Part shown: positions 1-9,270 of the stretch, one piece after another
Layout of the letters: each line of letters starts with the position of its first letter
How positions within the stretch are numbered: position 1 is the first letter of the stretch
IMG/VR virus record: IMGVR_UViG_3300042567_001420
Length of the DNA stretch: 64,000 nucleotides
Direction: 5' to 3' (one strand)
DNA from: a virus
Taxonomy: Duplodnaviria; Caudoviricetes
The notes under the pieces: model-generated
Told to the model about the DNA's origin: nothing
What the model saw: the letters and a program-made list of their open reading frames with translations, nothing else
The model's database searches: none
Made by a program: the position numbers and the translations under genes

Positions 1-2148
1 AGATGCATTAACAGTAAATGTTAAAACAGTCCCAGCTTCAACTGTAATAGCTATATTATTTCCAGAACTGTACCCTGTAAACACATAGGCACTGGAACCA
101 GAAGCAGATACCCCATATGTTCTATTTGTTAAAGTGGCAAAACTTTCTATAACATTGGCCGTGGTTAAATCTACTACATTGGCTTTTAAAGCTAAATTAG
201 ATTCTACTTGTGCATTGACTCTTGCATTGGTATAATATAAATTACCGGCAGTTTCTATAACATTAGCAGTTGTTAAATCTGTAACATTGGCTTTTAATCT
301 TAAATTGGATTCTACTTGCGCATTGACTCTTGCATTTGTGTAATATAAATTACTTGCAGATTCTTGCACATTAGCAGTGGTTAAATCTACTACATTAGCC
401 TTTAATGCTAAATTTCCAGTAATAGCAGAATATACTCTTGCATTGGTAAAGTATAAATTTGTACCTTCTGCTAAATTAGCAGTTGTAAAATTACTTAATG
501 ATAATACTGTATTTGCAACATTAGCAGTGATTGAGCTTTGTACAATACCAATAACGGTGTTTGCAATATTAGCAGAGAGTGAGGTTGAAACAACGTTAAT
601 AACGGTGTTTGCAATATTAGCATATTCCGCGGAAGGAATATTAACACTGTTTGCTTCCCAAAATGAACCATTCCAGTAAAGAACTTGTCCTATTGCGGGA
701 TTATTTGCGTTAACATCCGCAAATACGTTAAGGTTTGCTAAACTTAAATTGGCATATACTCTTGCATTGGTAAAGTATAAACTTGAACCTTCTGTTAAAT
801 TAGCAGTTGTAAAATTACTTAATGATAATACTGTATTTGCAACATTTGCAGATGCAGCTGTATTAGCAGAATCAATGGTGCCGGAGAAAGTGGTTGCAGA
901 AATTACGTTAGGTATCCACTTTACTCCATTCCAAACTAATGCATAACCAGTTTGAGGCGCAATCGTTACTGTATCAACGTCAACAAGAGCATCAATACTT
1001 GCCAATCTTAAATTAGCGTGAACTCTTGCATTTGAATAATATAAGTTAACTGCACCTTCAGGAATACTATCCGAATTAGGAATAATGTTACCAAGATTAA
1101 TATTACTTAATGCTAATACGTTAGCTCTAATAGAACCAGTAGTTGCATTGTAAATTAAAGTATTATCAGGAACGCTAATAGCAGCTCTTGCTCTAGCATT
1201 TGTAAAGTATAATTTTTGACCTTCTGGAATATCGTCAGAAGTGCCAGAGAATGAAGTCTGTAATCCTGGATTAGAACCAACTAAAATCCAAGCATTACCA
1301 GAATACATTAAGAATGCAGAATCGCCCGCTTTTCTTAATTCAATTGCCAAGTTATTTTGAATGTTACTAGATATTACGAACTGTCCGCCACCCGTAGATA
1401 CTAAGTTAATAACCTTTAATTGACCGTCTACACCTTTAGGTATATCTAAATAATTTCTACCGCCTTGGTCAATACTAACATTAGCAGGAGTAAATTCAAC
1501 TGTTGCCCCCGCATTACCAGGATTTCCAGTTCTAACTACACCCGGAGTATATTCTAGACCAAGAGTATTTGTTCCATCAATAGATGTCGAAAGTCCAATT
1601 ATATTACCAGCATTTGTAGGGTGGCTAACGTCAAAGGTATATGCCGAACCCTTGACAAAATACAATCCATCATTAAACGGTCTTAAACCAGTTGTACCAA
1701 CCCAACTTTCCGGAGCATGATTTAATGTACCTGTTGCATTTGCACCAAGTGACAAATTGATCTTGCCATTTACATGCTGGACATAAATGGTCTTGAAGAA
1801 TGGAGTACCATTTGCAAATTGTAAACCTCTACCGGAGGCAGATACGCCCTCAGTATACAAATAGATAGTGGAAGGCAGTACCGAGCCATTTGCAATGGCT
1901 GTAGTATCGGCAGATACACCGCCGAATAAATCGGTTCTAGTTGTGGTAATACTGACGGTGCCAATCCCTGTTAAGGATTGGACAGGTCCGCCAAAAAAGA
2001 TATTACCTGATAATGTAGGATCTGTGATTGAAGAAAAGAGTGTTCCTGCTGAAACATTCTTGCTAGAATCATCTTGTACTAATAAGAATAGGTCGTTCTT
2101 ATTAACTACATTGGCCGATACCAGATCCGATATTTTTACATCTGCCAT
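1..2148 (-). CDS. Tail fibre-like structural protein, 3' end outside the window
   Basis: Manual translation from ATG at 2148 (MADVKISDL...) stays open to position 1; repeated EG..LY(F/Y)TNARV and ANVVDLTTANV motifs. Absent from the ORF track because there is no stop in the window. Confidence 0.7.
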   Translation of the reverse strand, partial: MADVKISDLVSANVVNKNDLFLLVQDDSSKNVSAGTLFSSITDPTLSGNIFFGGPVQSLTGIGTVSITTTRTDLFGGVSADTTAIANGSVLPSTIYLYTEGVSASGRGLQFANGTPFFKTIYVQHVNGKINLSLGANATGTLNHAPESWVGTTGLRPFNDGLYFVKGSAYTFDVSHPTNAGNIIGLSTSIDGTNTLGLEYTPGVVRTGNPGNAGATVEFTPANVSIDQGGRNYLDIPKGVDGQLKVINLVSTGGGQFVISSNIQNNLAIELRKAGDSAFLMYSGNAWILVGSNPGLQTSFSGTSDDIPEGQKLYFTNARARAAISVPDNTLIYNATTGSIRANVLALSNINLGNIIPNSDSIPEGAVNLYYSNARVHANLRLASIDALVDVDTVTIAPQTGYALVWNGVKWIPNVISATTFSGTIDSANTAASANVANTVLSLSNFTTANLTEGSSLYFTNARVYANLSLANLNVFADVNANNPAIGQVLYWNGSFWEANSVNIPSAEYANIANTVINVVSTSLSANIANTVIGIVQSSITANVANTVLSLSNFTTANLAEGTNLYFTNARVYSAITGNLALKANVVDLTTANVQESASNLYYTNARVNAQVESNLRLKANVTDLTTANVIETAGNLYYTNARVNAQVESNLALKANVVDLTTANVIESFATLTNRTYGVSASGSSAYVFTGYSSGNNIAITVEAGTVLTFTVNAS
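472..846. repeat. Identical 51-nt direct repeat (472-522, 796-846) within the fibre gene
   Basis: taaattagcagttgtaaaattacttaatgataatactgtatttgcaacatt occurs twice. Confidence 0.9.
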
Positions 2149-2191
2149 TACTGTCCCTGTTAGTTAAAACTTAAAATAATATATTTAGATT

Positions 2192-2737
2192 TTAGCTATT
2201 TGGCAATATAGTGTTATCGTTAGCATCACCTTGCAATACACCTGTGGCATTAGCATTAAAGTTCTTTGAACTTGCTACTAATACTTCAACTTTGTTTCTT
2301 GTTGCGCCCTGAGTGGTAGTATATGTTTTATATGAAACCCAACCTGGTTGGCTAAACCCGTTTGCTTTATTACCAGCAACACCAACTTCAGTACGGTCAA
2401 CACCGTATACGTTGGCCTTATTGGTTGTGTTAGGACCACGACCAGAAGCCATTGTAGTGCCACGCCCATTTGTTGTAATCCATTTTGGATCTTCTTGAAT
2501 AGCAATATTGGCAGCTGCTACATTTGCGCCACGATATGCGGTATCAAGAATAATTGTAGTATTTGAACTAATAGTTTCAATTCTATAGTCCACGTTTGCA
2601 ATTACCAATGAATACCCCGCTTGAAAGCCATTCGCAGCAGTAACTGCAGCAGTGCTTGTAACAACTGTTGTGCTACCTAAATTAGCGCGTGCTGTTGCGC
2701 CAACTTCTCTTCTATCTAATTTTCCCCATGCTGACAT
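2192..2737 (-). CDS. Putative virion structural protein
   Basis: MSAWG start, PGWV and RNKVEVLVA motifs recalled from T4-like virion proteins; TATAAATA upstream. Confidence 0.55.
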   Translation of the reverse strand: MSAWGKLDRREVGATARANLGSTTVVTSTAAVTAANGFQAGYSLVIANVDYRIETISSNTTIILDTAYRGANVAAANIAIQEDPKWITTNGRGTTMASGRGPNTTNKANVYGVDRTEVGVAGNKANGFSQPGWVSYKTYTTTQGATRNKVEVLVASSKNFNANATGVLQGDANDNTILPNS

Positions 2738-2757
2738 TTTGTGTCTCCTATTTTAAT

Positions 2758-2765
2758 TATTTATA
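2758..2765 (-). promoter_or_regulatory. T4-type late promoter TATAAATA
   Basis: Exact consensus upstream of 2737. Confidence 0.7.
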
Positions 2766-2784
2766 ATAGCATTTTAGATGCGTA

Positions 2785-3882
2785 TTACTCTTTATCTTTT
2801 TTGGTTGTGCCTGGCATTGATTCCATGCGACGAACCGATCCATGGTGAATATATTTCTTACGTCCACCTTCCTTATCAGTCACAACATACTCAGCATAAG
2901 GTTGTCCGTTTTTAGTACTAAACTTATCGTTTGATACTGTGTTGCCCGCCTTGCGGTGAGCAGCTAACTTATCTTCAATTTCCATTCTGGTGAATGATTC
3001 AATAATCACATCTTCATAATTTTCTGCATATGCTTCTTCAGCAATAGCTACTATTTCCTGTTGAATAGATTCTTCATCTGTTCTAACAATAGATTGAACT
3101 GCTCTTAAGAAGTCACCATATGTAGGATTATCAGTAATTTCGATTGTAAAGTCATTATGCTTAACAATAGTTTCTGAAATTCCTTCTTCAACCGATTCTC
3201 TTTTAATACCTGCGGCATTAAGAGCAGCCGCTCTGTCGCCATAAGATTTAATATCAGGTGCAGCTTTTTTAATTGCTTTCTTAACTGTAGGCGATGCGCT
3301 GCTTTTGTTAACTTGCTTCATTGTAACAGTTCCAGCATTGCCCATAGTTCCTTCTTTAACTGCTTTTTGTTTTTTGCCTGCGCGAAGCATTTCAAAATCT
3401 TTAGCAGTTAATTTATCTTTCTCTGGCTCATGTACATCTAATACTTGTTGATTGGGGTGCAGTTTCTTTTCTTCAATTGATTCTGCATCTGCTTCAGCAT
3501 GTTCATGCATCTTGCCCTTTTTAACTTTAACTGCTTCTGTTTGTACTTTGCGAACACCGTCAGCAAATTGTACTGTGTACCAAGCAATATTGCCATTCTC
3601 ATCTGGGTCAGCATGTGCTTCTGAAATGCACTCGCCTTCGCCATACAAATCGTGTTCAACGTGTGTTGCACAGAAGTGAGCAGCATCTACTCTGCCTTCT
3701 TTGACAGTTGCAGTAATTTTATCTCTACGATTCTTTAAATAAGTATCGCTTTGATCAATTTTTTTATTGTTGTTGATGTCTGCGTCTTCTTTACCAACTG
3801 CATCCATTTTTGCTTCTTGAACTGGAGTTGGGTGTGTAATTTGTCTGATTGATTCAAACAATTCATTTGTAATTCTTGTCAT
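2785..3882 (-). CDS. Hypothetical protein, possible head-internal protein
   Basis: 365-aa ORF with many (I/V/L)xE sites. Confidence 0.6.
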   Translation of the reverse strand: MTRITNELFESIRQITHPTPVQEAKMDAVGKEDADINNNKKIDQSDTYLKNRRDKITATVKEGRVDAAHFCATHVEHDLYGEGECISEAHADPDENGNIAWYTVQFADGVRKVQTEAVKVKKGKMHEHAEADAESIEEKKLHPNQQVLDVHEPEKDKLTAKDFEMLRAGKKQKAVKEGTMGNAGTVTMKQVNKSSASPTVKKAIKKAAPDIKSYGDRAAALNAAGIKRESVEEGISETIVKHNDFTIEITDNPTYGDFLRAVQSIVRTDEESIQQEIVAIAEEAYAENYEDVIIESFTRMEIEDKLAAHRKAGNTVSNDKFSTKNGQPYAEYVVTDKEGGRKKYIHHGSVRRMESMPGTTKKDKE

Positions 3883-3929
3883 TCTAGGTCCTTTAATGAA
3901 TTCTATTTATTATTTATGGCTAACCGAAA

Positions 3930-4382
3930 TCATTTCTTTTTGCCAGCTAATCTTGATCGCTCTAAACTTCTAATCTTAGGAATCATTCTTACGACGAGTC
4001 CTTTTTGTCCTGCTAAAATATTAGATGCTTGTTTTTCAATTCTGTCTTTTTCAGCAGCAGATAATTGTTTTTTATCTCTGCCTTTTAAAAGTTTTCTAAT
4101 TACCATTTGTCTTGCAGCAACTTTTGATCTACGATTAATAACATCTGTAGATGATGCTCGTCTTAATTTTAATCTGCGAGCTTGTCCGACTGCCGTTTTT
4201 CTGGATTTAAATTTTTGCGATTTTTGCATTCTTGCTGTTGCAGAAAGAGCTTCATCTAATCCATTTTCAAATTCGTCATCTGCATATAGATGCTCGATGT
4301 CTTCCCATTGTAGTTCTTCCACAATAGAATCTAATTCTTCTTCCGTTATATCGGTACTTAAAAATTCTTGAAAAGTAATCAT
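3930..4382 (-). CDS. Hypothetical basic protein, possible head-internal protein
   Basis: Start MITFQEFL at 4382 overlaps the Dps stop (ATGA); acidic N-terminus, very basic C-terminal part. Confidence 0.6.
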   Translation of the reverse strand: MITFQEFLSTDITEEELDSIVEELQWEDIEHLYADDEFENGLDEALSATARMQKSQKFKSRKTAVGQARRLKLRRASSTDVINRRSKVAARQMVIRKLLKGRDKKQLSAAEKDRIEKQASNILAGQKGLVVRMIPKIRSLERSRLAGKKK

Positions 4383-4813
4383 TTTAGTGTTGCTTTTAGC
4401 ATCCAAGCATGTTTCTGATGAGCAGTAATTCTATCTTGCAAGAAATTTGCCAAACCTAATTCTGATGCATTGTCTGCATCTCTATAAGAAAGCATTAATG
4501 AAGCAAGTACCATGCTGTTTGTGTCCATTAAACTTTTAATCATTTGTAACGCTGGCATTACAGTTTCTTCTTCAGATACAACTGTAAGGTCTAGAAGTTG
4601 TTTTAATGATGTAGGTGTATATGCATCAATTTGTCGAATCTGTTCACCTAGCAAATCTATAGATCCATATACTTCTTCATAGATATCACCTAACAAATCG
4701 TGATACTGCGAAAAATCAGGTCCCTCTACATTCCAATGAAATGTATGAGCCTTGAAGTACATTGTAAACACATCTGCCAATGTCTTTTGTAAAGATAATT
4801 GCAACGATTCCAT
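4379..4813 (-). CDS. dps: Dps family ferritin-like protein
   Basis: KAHTFHWNVEG, HDLLGDIYEE, EQIRQI, HQKHAWML signatures. Confidence 0.9.
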   Translation of the reverse strand: MESLQLSLQKTLADVFTMYFKAHTFHWNVEGPDFSQYHDLLGDIYEEVYGSIDLLGEQIRQIDAYTPTSLKQLLDLTVVSEEETVMPALQMIKSLMDTNSMVLASLMLSYRDADNASELGLANFLQDRITAHQKHAWMLKATLK

Positions 4814-4814
4814 A

Positions 4815-6761
4815 TTATTCTGCCTGACTAGCTTTCTTCATCATTTTATATGCGGATGACTTTTGTCCTGCAATCTTTGCCTGTGCTGCATGGACTTCTT
4901 GTCTATCAGCATCATGATATGTCTTAAATGCTTGATTAGCGGGATCTTGTATAAAGGATTTAAATGATACCATTCCAACTGGTTTGTCTGGATGACCTTG
5001 ACCAGCAATGGGTTTATCTATGCCATGAAATACATCTTTGTTGTCTGTAAAGTTGACATCTCTCTCACTTGCTTCTTTGAGTTTCATTTTGTTTTCCTCA
5101 TCTTTATCTTTTTGACTCTGTCTAATTGAAGATAAAGTCTTTGGTTGTTCTTTAGTAGAAGTATCTATCATTTTAGCACGATGCTTAACGTATTTTACTT
5201 TGCCTGTTATTGGATCTTTGCTTGGAACATATTCAAAATCTGCAGACGCAACATCTTCTTCTACTCCCCTTGCACCAATAACTGTTACTGTTGAGCCTGG
5301 ATCATTTGCATATGTGCCATCTCTATGCATATTAAGGTCGGACATGGTTTTCAAATGTGTTTGCATATACAGTAAATCCTTATCTGCAACACCTAATACA
5401 TTCATTGTATCGTGTGCAATAGCAAACTTCATATTAAAGTCATGAATCATTTGATCATCCGCAAAGCCTTTGGCTTTTGCTTCCTTTTCAATTTCAAGAT
5501 ATTGATCTGTTGCCATAATTGCTTGCAGAACATATTTCTTTGGAAGTTGGACTCTGGTAATTAATTCTTTTAATTGAGCAGATGCACCTGGGCACGTATG
5601 AAGAAATGATGTGGTATAACCATCGAATGTAAGTTCCATTCTACTGTTGCTCATCTCAGCCAATTGTTCTTTGGATAGGAACAATGCAGGAATTTGTTTT
5701 CCTTCAACATAAGCAGGCTTATATGCGCCGTTGTATTTAATTTTTTCTTTTTCCTGAGGTCCGTCAGAAAATTTCTTGAAGTTTTGTAACTTCGAAGTCT
5801 TAGATAATTTGGGGCGTAGATCAACGTGTAGTCCTGTGCCTGCTTTTTCGCCAAATATTTCTTGTATATCTTTTAGCCAGTGTTTAGATGTATCGCCGCT
5901 TTTTTGTTGTATCGTAACGTATGAAGATCCTCTGTATACGATCTCGCCCCGTGTTCCGTTAGTTGATTCAACTATATCGCCTAATTTAAAAATCTCGCCT
6001 GCTATGTAAGACTCTCTTACTGGCACGCACATTCCTTTATCTTTGCTGAATACTTCACCAACGGGACAAACAATCTTCATTTCAGGAGTCATACCGATGG
6101 CATGGTCTGTGCCTTCTGGTGTGCCCCAATCAAATCTATTTGGATTTTCGTAATCTTCTTTAACCGCTTTGATGTGGTTGACAATTTCCTCCGCATGAGG
6201 ATGTAATGCCTTAGGAAGACCAGATTTAAATTGCTTCATTTCGCCTGCTCTGGCATGAGCACGCATCTTAGTTCCGGACATTCCCTCTACGCCTTCTGCG
6301 TCAGGGTCTCTTTGTCCTGCAGAAACTACTTTAATTGATTTAAAATTGTAGTGGCCGTGTTTACCGGCAACATTATTATACTTGTTTAATGTCTTGTGAT
6401 ACTCATCCACACGATCAGAACCAGCAACCATAACCAAATGTTTATATCCTTGACTATGTATTTTAGATGCAGCGTGAAGGAAAGTAGGAGATTCTTTAGA
6501 AGCACCTGATACTTTGGTGCCTTCTGGTGCCACGTGTTTTAGATATCCTACCTTGGCCTTGGCGGGAACAGGATCTTTTGATGTACCTTCAGAATGAGAT
6601 GCAACAATATGTGCAGTAGCATTGTGCTCATCCGCAACAGATTTGACTTTATTAATGAGTTTTTCGTGTCCAACGGTAGGCGGATTGAATCGCCCAAAGG
6701 CAAAAGCTGCTGTTTTTTCAGGCGCTTCTGTGATGAATTGTTTAAAGTCCATGTGGTCCAT
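4815..6761 (-). CDS. Cytidyltransferase-like (HIGH superfamily) nucleotidyltransferase with long C-terminal extension
   Basis: FGRFNPPTVGHEKL, VAGSDRV and MSGTKMR motifs in the first ~200 aa. Confidence 0.8.
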   Translation of the reverse strand: MDHMDFKQFITEAPEKTAAFAFGRFNPPTVGHEKLINKVKSVADEHNATAHIVASHSEGTSKDPVPAKAKVGYLKHVAPEGTKVSGASKESPTFLHAASKIHSQGYKHLVMVAGSDRVDEYHKTLNKYNNVAGKHGHYNFKSIKVVSAGQRDPDAEGVEGMSGTKMRAHARAGEMKQFKSGLPKALHPHAEEIVNHIKAVKEDYENPNRFDWGTPEGTDHAIGMTPEMKIVCPVGEVFSKDKGMCVPVRESYIAGEIFKLGDIVESTNGTRGEIVYRGSSYVTIQQKSGDTSKHWLKDIQEIFGEKAGTGLHVDLRPKLSKTSKLQNFKKFSDGPQEKEKIKYNGAYKPAYVEGKQIPALFLSKEQLAEMSNSRMELTFDGYTTSFLHTCPGASAQLKELITRVQLPKKYVLQAIMATDQYLEIEKEAKAKGFADDQMIHDFNMKFAIAHDTMNVLGVADKDLLYMQTHLKTMSDLNMHRDGTYANDPGSTVTVIGARGVEEDVASADFEYVPSKDPITGKVKYVKHRAKMIDTSTKEQPKTLSSIRQSQKDKDEENKMKLKEASERDVNFTDNKDVFHGIDKPIAGQGHPDKPVGMVSFKSFIQDPANQAFKTYHDADRQEVHAAQAKIAGQKSSAYKMMKKASQAE

Positions 6762-6781
6762 TAGAATATAGTTGATACTTA

Positions 6782-6880
6782 TTATTTATAAAATAAGGAT
6801 GTTTGGTTTATAGGAGGTATCGGATAAGGATGTTTTGGTTTAGGGGGATTTTTTTTAGGTTTGTGTTTGAACCAGCTCAT
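6782..6880 (-). CDS. Small Pro/Lys-rich protein (32 aa)
   Basis: MSWFKHKPKKNPPKPKHPYPIPPINQTSLFYK, GGAGG Shine-Dalgarno. Confidence 0.45.
   Translation of the reverse strand: MSWFKHKPKKNPPKPKHPYPIPPINQTSLFYK
6783..6790 (-). promoter_or_regulatory. T4-type late promoter TATAAATA
   Basis: Exact consensus upstream of 6761. Confidence 0.7.
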
Positions 6881-6973
6881 GTTGCCTCCGTTTTATCCAA
6901 AGTTAACCAAAAGTTATAGACAATCTATTGACATGATGTTATTATATGCTATGAGGCTCAGTGATAAGAAGCA

Positions 6974-7663
6974 TTAACAATTCCACTTTCTCAGTGCTTT
7001 GTTGATTCTTGAATCAGGGTCTCTAGCAGTCTCTGCAGATGTCAATCGCTTCTTCATTCCACCCATACGAGCACAAAAAGATTTTCTTCTATTAGCTGCT
7101 TTGCTTCCTGGCTTTAATTTAGATGGTTTAGTAGTTACGGCCATTTGTAACTTTGAACCGGGATTTTCTCTACGATATGAAGCAACACCCTTAGCATTTA
7201 ATCCGCCTTCAGGATTCTTACCCTCTTTGCGTTGCCAAGCAGCGACTTCAAATAGGTCTTCATCTGAAATATCTTTAAGGTCTTCCCAAATCACATCCGA
7301 ATCAACATTGTTTTCTTTTGCAATATCTTCGATCACATCTTCAATTAGATCAAACAGTTCTTCGGCTTCTTCAACTTTAACGCAATCATCTTTGCCGTTT
7401 GTTGTACCACTGTAACGATATCCATCCCAGCATGCTTTACCGTCGGCACCCTTGGCTTTGTCTTTTTTGGCTTCTGCCACGGTTTCTGACGCATTTTTAA
7501 AGTCTTGTTTGGATGGCGCGCCATCACTTCCAGGTGCACGCATACGTTCTCCGGATCCAGATTTGATTCGTTTGCGTTTTGCGTGAATGTTATCCCATAA
7601 CCCGGGACGATTGCCTTCGTCAATGGATTGAATTTCTTCTATTAGTTGTTTAAATGTTTTCAT
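6974..7663 (-). CDS. Hypothetical modular protein, possible head-internal protein
   Basis: MKTFKQLIEE start; GLWDNIHAKR, CWDGY and AWQRKEGKNPEGGLN modules. Confidence 0.7.
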   Translation of the reverse strand: MKTFKQLIEEIQSIDEGNRPGLWDNIHAKRKRIKSGSGERMRAPGSDGAPSKQDFKNASETVAEAKKDKAKGADGKACWDGYRYSGTTNGKDDCVKVEEAEELFDLIEDVIEDIAKENNVDSDVIWEDLKDISDEDLFEVAAWQRKEGKNPEGGLNAKGVASYRRENPGSKLQMAVTTKPSKLKPGSKAANRRKSFCARMGGMKKRLTSAETARDPDSRINKALRKWNC

Positions 7664-7669
7664 TTTAAT

Positions 7670-8104
7670 TTACTTTGTAGCTACATTAATTGCAGGACCT
7701 TTGCGTTCTGCATTAGGATCTTCTCTGCGTTTTCTTGCGGCGGCTTTGGCGCGCCCTTCTTTTCCCAAACTATGCGCTTGACTTTGCGGTAAACATTTTG
7801 GTTTACCTTCAGTATCATCTTCTCTCGCACAATCTCCTCGTATTTTACCATCAGGTCCAAAACGAACCCATTTGTCTTTAAACCATTTGTTTAAATTTTC
7901 ATCTACTTGTACGGTAGTATCTGCGATTGTATCTTCATTTTTACTAGAATTTCCCCAATTTGCCGCACCAACTTTGCGGCATTTAACTAACGCTCCGCTA
8001 GCATATGCCGAAGGCCAAACGCTATAGCGGCTTTTGACTTTATAATAGCAAGCATCTTTATTTTCATAAAGCAATTCTTCTCTTACTTGTTTAAATGTTT
8101 TCAT
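7670..8104 (-). CDS. Hypothetical protein, possible head-internal protein
   Basis: MKTFKQVREE start; WPSAYASG and KWFKDKW modules. Confidence 0.7.
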   Translation of the reverse strand: MKTFKQVREELLYENKDACYYKVKSRYSVWPSAYASGALVKCRKVGAANWGNSSKNEDTIADTTVQVDENLNKWFKDKWVRFGPDGKIRGDCAREDDTEGKPKCLPQSQAHSLGKEGRAKAAARKRREDPNAERKGPAINVATK

Positions 8105-9270
8105 CTTGGTCTCGCTGCAAAATTGGCTGCACTAAATTCTTCTCTATCTACTAGCTTTGTTGGTCTGTTGTTTAATACTGCAACATGACCTTCGGGTTTA
8201 ACTTTTTTACCATCAATGCTATGATGGAATTTATAATCCGCATTTGACATTGTTTGTACTAAAACATTTTTTGCATTTTGCAAATGTTTATGTATATCCA
8301 ACGTCTTTTTAAATGAATCTTTATTGGTATCAATATGATCCAACTTTTCATTCATATCCGCAGCTTTGTTTTGTTTGGCTTTATCGGTTTTAACTTTATC
8401 AATGCCTTTTTGCAGAGAACTTTGTAGATGTTTCTTATAGCCTTCTACCGATGGCTTTGAGGTGTCTCTCACAGTTGAATTAATATAAGTCTTTAATGAT
8501 TCATCGTGACCTTCGAGATGATCGTAATTGGGTAAATCATTGTGTGCTTCAACGGCCTTGGCCATGTGAGAATGATATTCTTGTTGAGCATCTGGGGTAT
8601 AATGTGCAGTCTTAGGATCAAATTTGGTATCAATTACATGAACATCTGGATGTGAATTAAATTTAGAAGTGTCAGTATTATATTCTGCCTTCATGTTCTC
8701 AAGTGTATCTCCGCGATATGCTGTGTGAACTGCTACACCAAATTTTGCATCTTTGATCTTTTGGCCTTCTTCACTGCCCTTTTTAGCAGAGTATGTAATT
8801 GTGTTAGGCTTAAAATGATAGGATCCGCCAGAATCGGATACATCTTTATCCGACTTATTATACATTACGTCACCTTGAAACACCCCTTCGTTAGGTGTTA
8901 CTTTAGGCAAGTGGTATAGCGCTGCTTTTAATTTGGCAACAAGTCCAGGTGAATGACCGTGGTTCTTTTCAATATCAGATTCTGTAAAATTTAATTTGGG
9001 ATTCTTGTTGAATGCAGATTTAGATGCAACAAAGAATCTAGGAAACTCCGGGTGAGTGCCAAACACAATACTAGGCGAGCCATCATACTTTGTGGATAAA
9101 GATACCTTTGATCTTTTGCCTAACAAAGCATTGTGTGTTTCGTTTAAAGTATTGAATACGTGCTTAAAGCCTTCTTCCCCTGCATTAATAGGGTGATCTT
9201 CTGCGTGTTCGAGGTGTGTTAACTTTTCCTCGTTCGCAGACTCAACTAAGTATGTGCTAAATGATAACAT
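8101..9270 (-). CDS. Ligase-fold (covalent nucleotidyltransferase-like) protein
   Basis: KYDG, FVASKS, FQGD, PEGHV and TKLV occur in the order of ligase motifs I, Ia, III, IV, V. Confidence 0.55.
   Translation of the reverse strand: MLSFSTYLVESANEEKLTHLEHAEDHPINAGEEGFKHVFNTLNETHNALLGKRSKVSLSTKYDGSPSIVFGTHPEFPRFFVASKSAFNKNPKLNFTESDIEKNHGHSPGLVAKLKAALYHLPKVTPNEGVFQGDVMYNKSDKDVSDSGGSYHFKPNTITYSAKKGSEEGQKIKDAKFGVAVHTAYRGDTLENMKAEYNTDTSKFNSHPDVHVIDTKFDPKTAHYTPDAQQEYHSHMAKAVEAHNDLPNYDHLEGHDESLKTYINSTVRDTSKPSVEGYKKHLQSSLQKGIDKVKTDKAKQNKAADMNEKLDHIDTNKDSFKKTLDIHKHLQNAKNVLVQTMSNADYKFHHSIDGKKVKPEGHVAVLNNRPTKLVDREEFSAANFAARPR

Noticed and set aside
377-2167. Short plus-strand ORFs in the track (377, 749, 1868)
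   Set aside because: They are antisense shadows of the long minus-strand fibre gene.
4815-6761. This protein as the missing RfbF glucose-1-phosphate cytidylyltransferase
   Set aside because: RfbF has a GT-A-like nucleotidyltransferase fold with a GGxGTR motif; this protein is HIGH-superfamily.
6905-6960. Plus-strand TTGACA at 6928 as a promoter
   Set aside because: No adequate -10 at 16-18 nt spacing and no plus-strand gene downstream.
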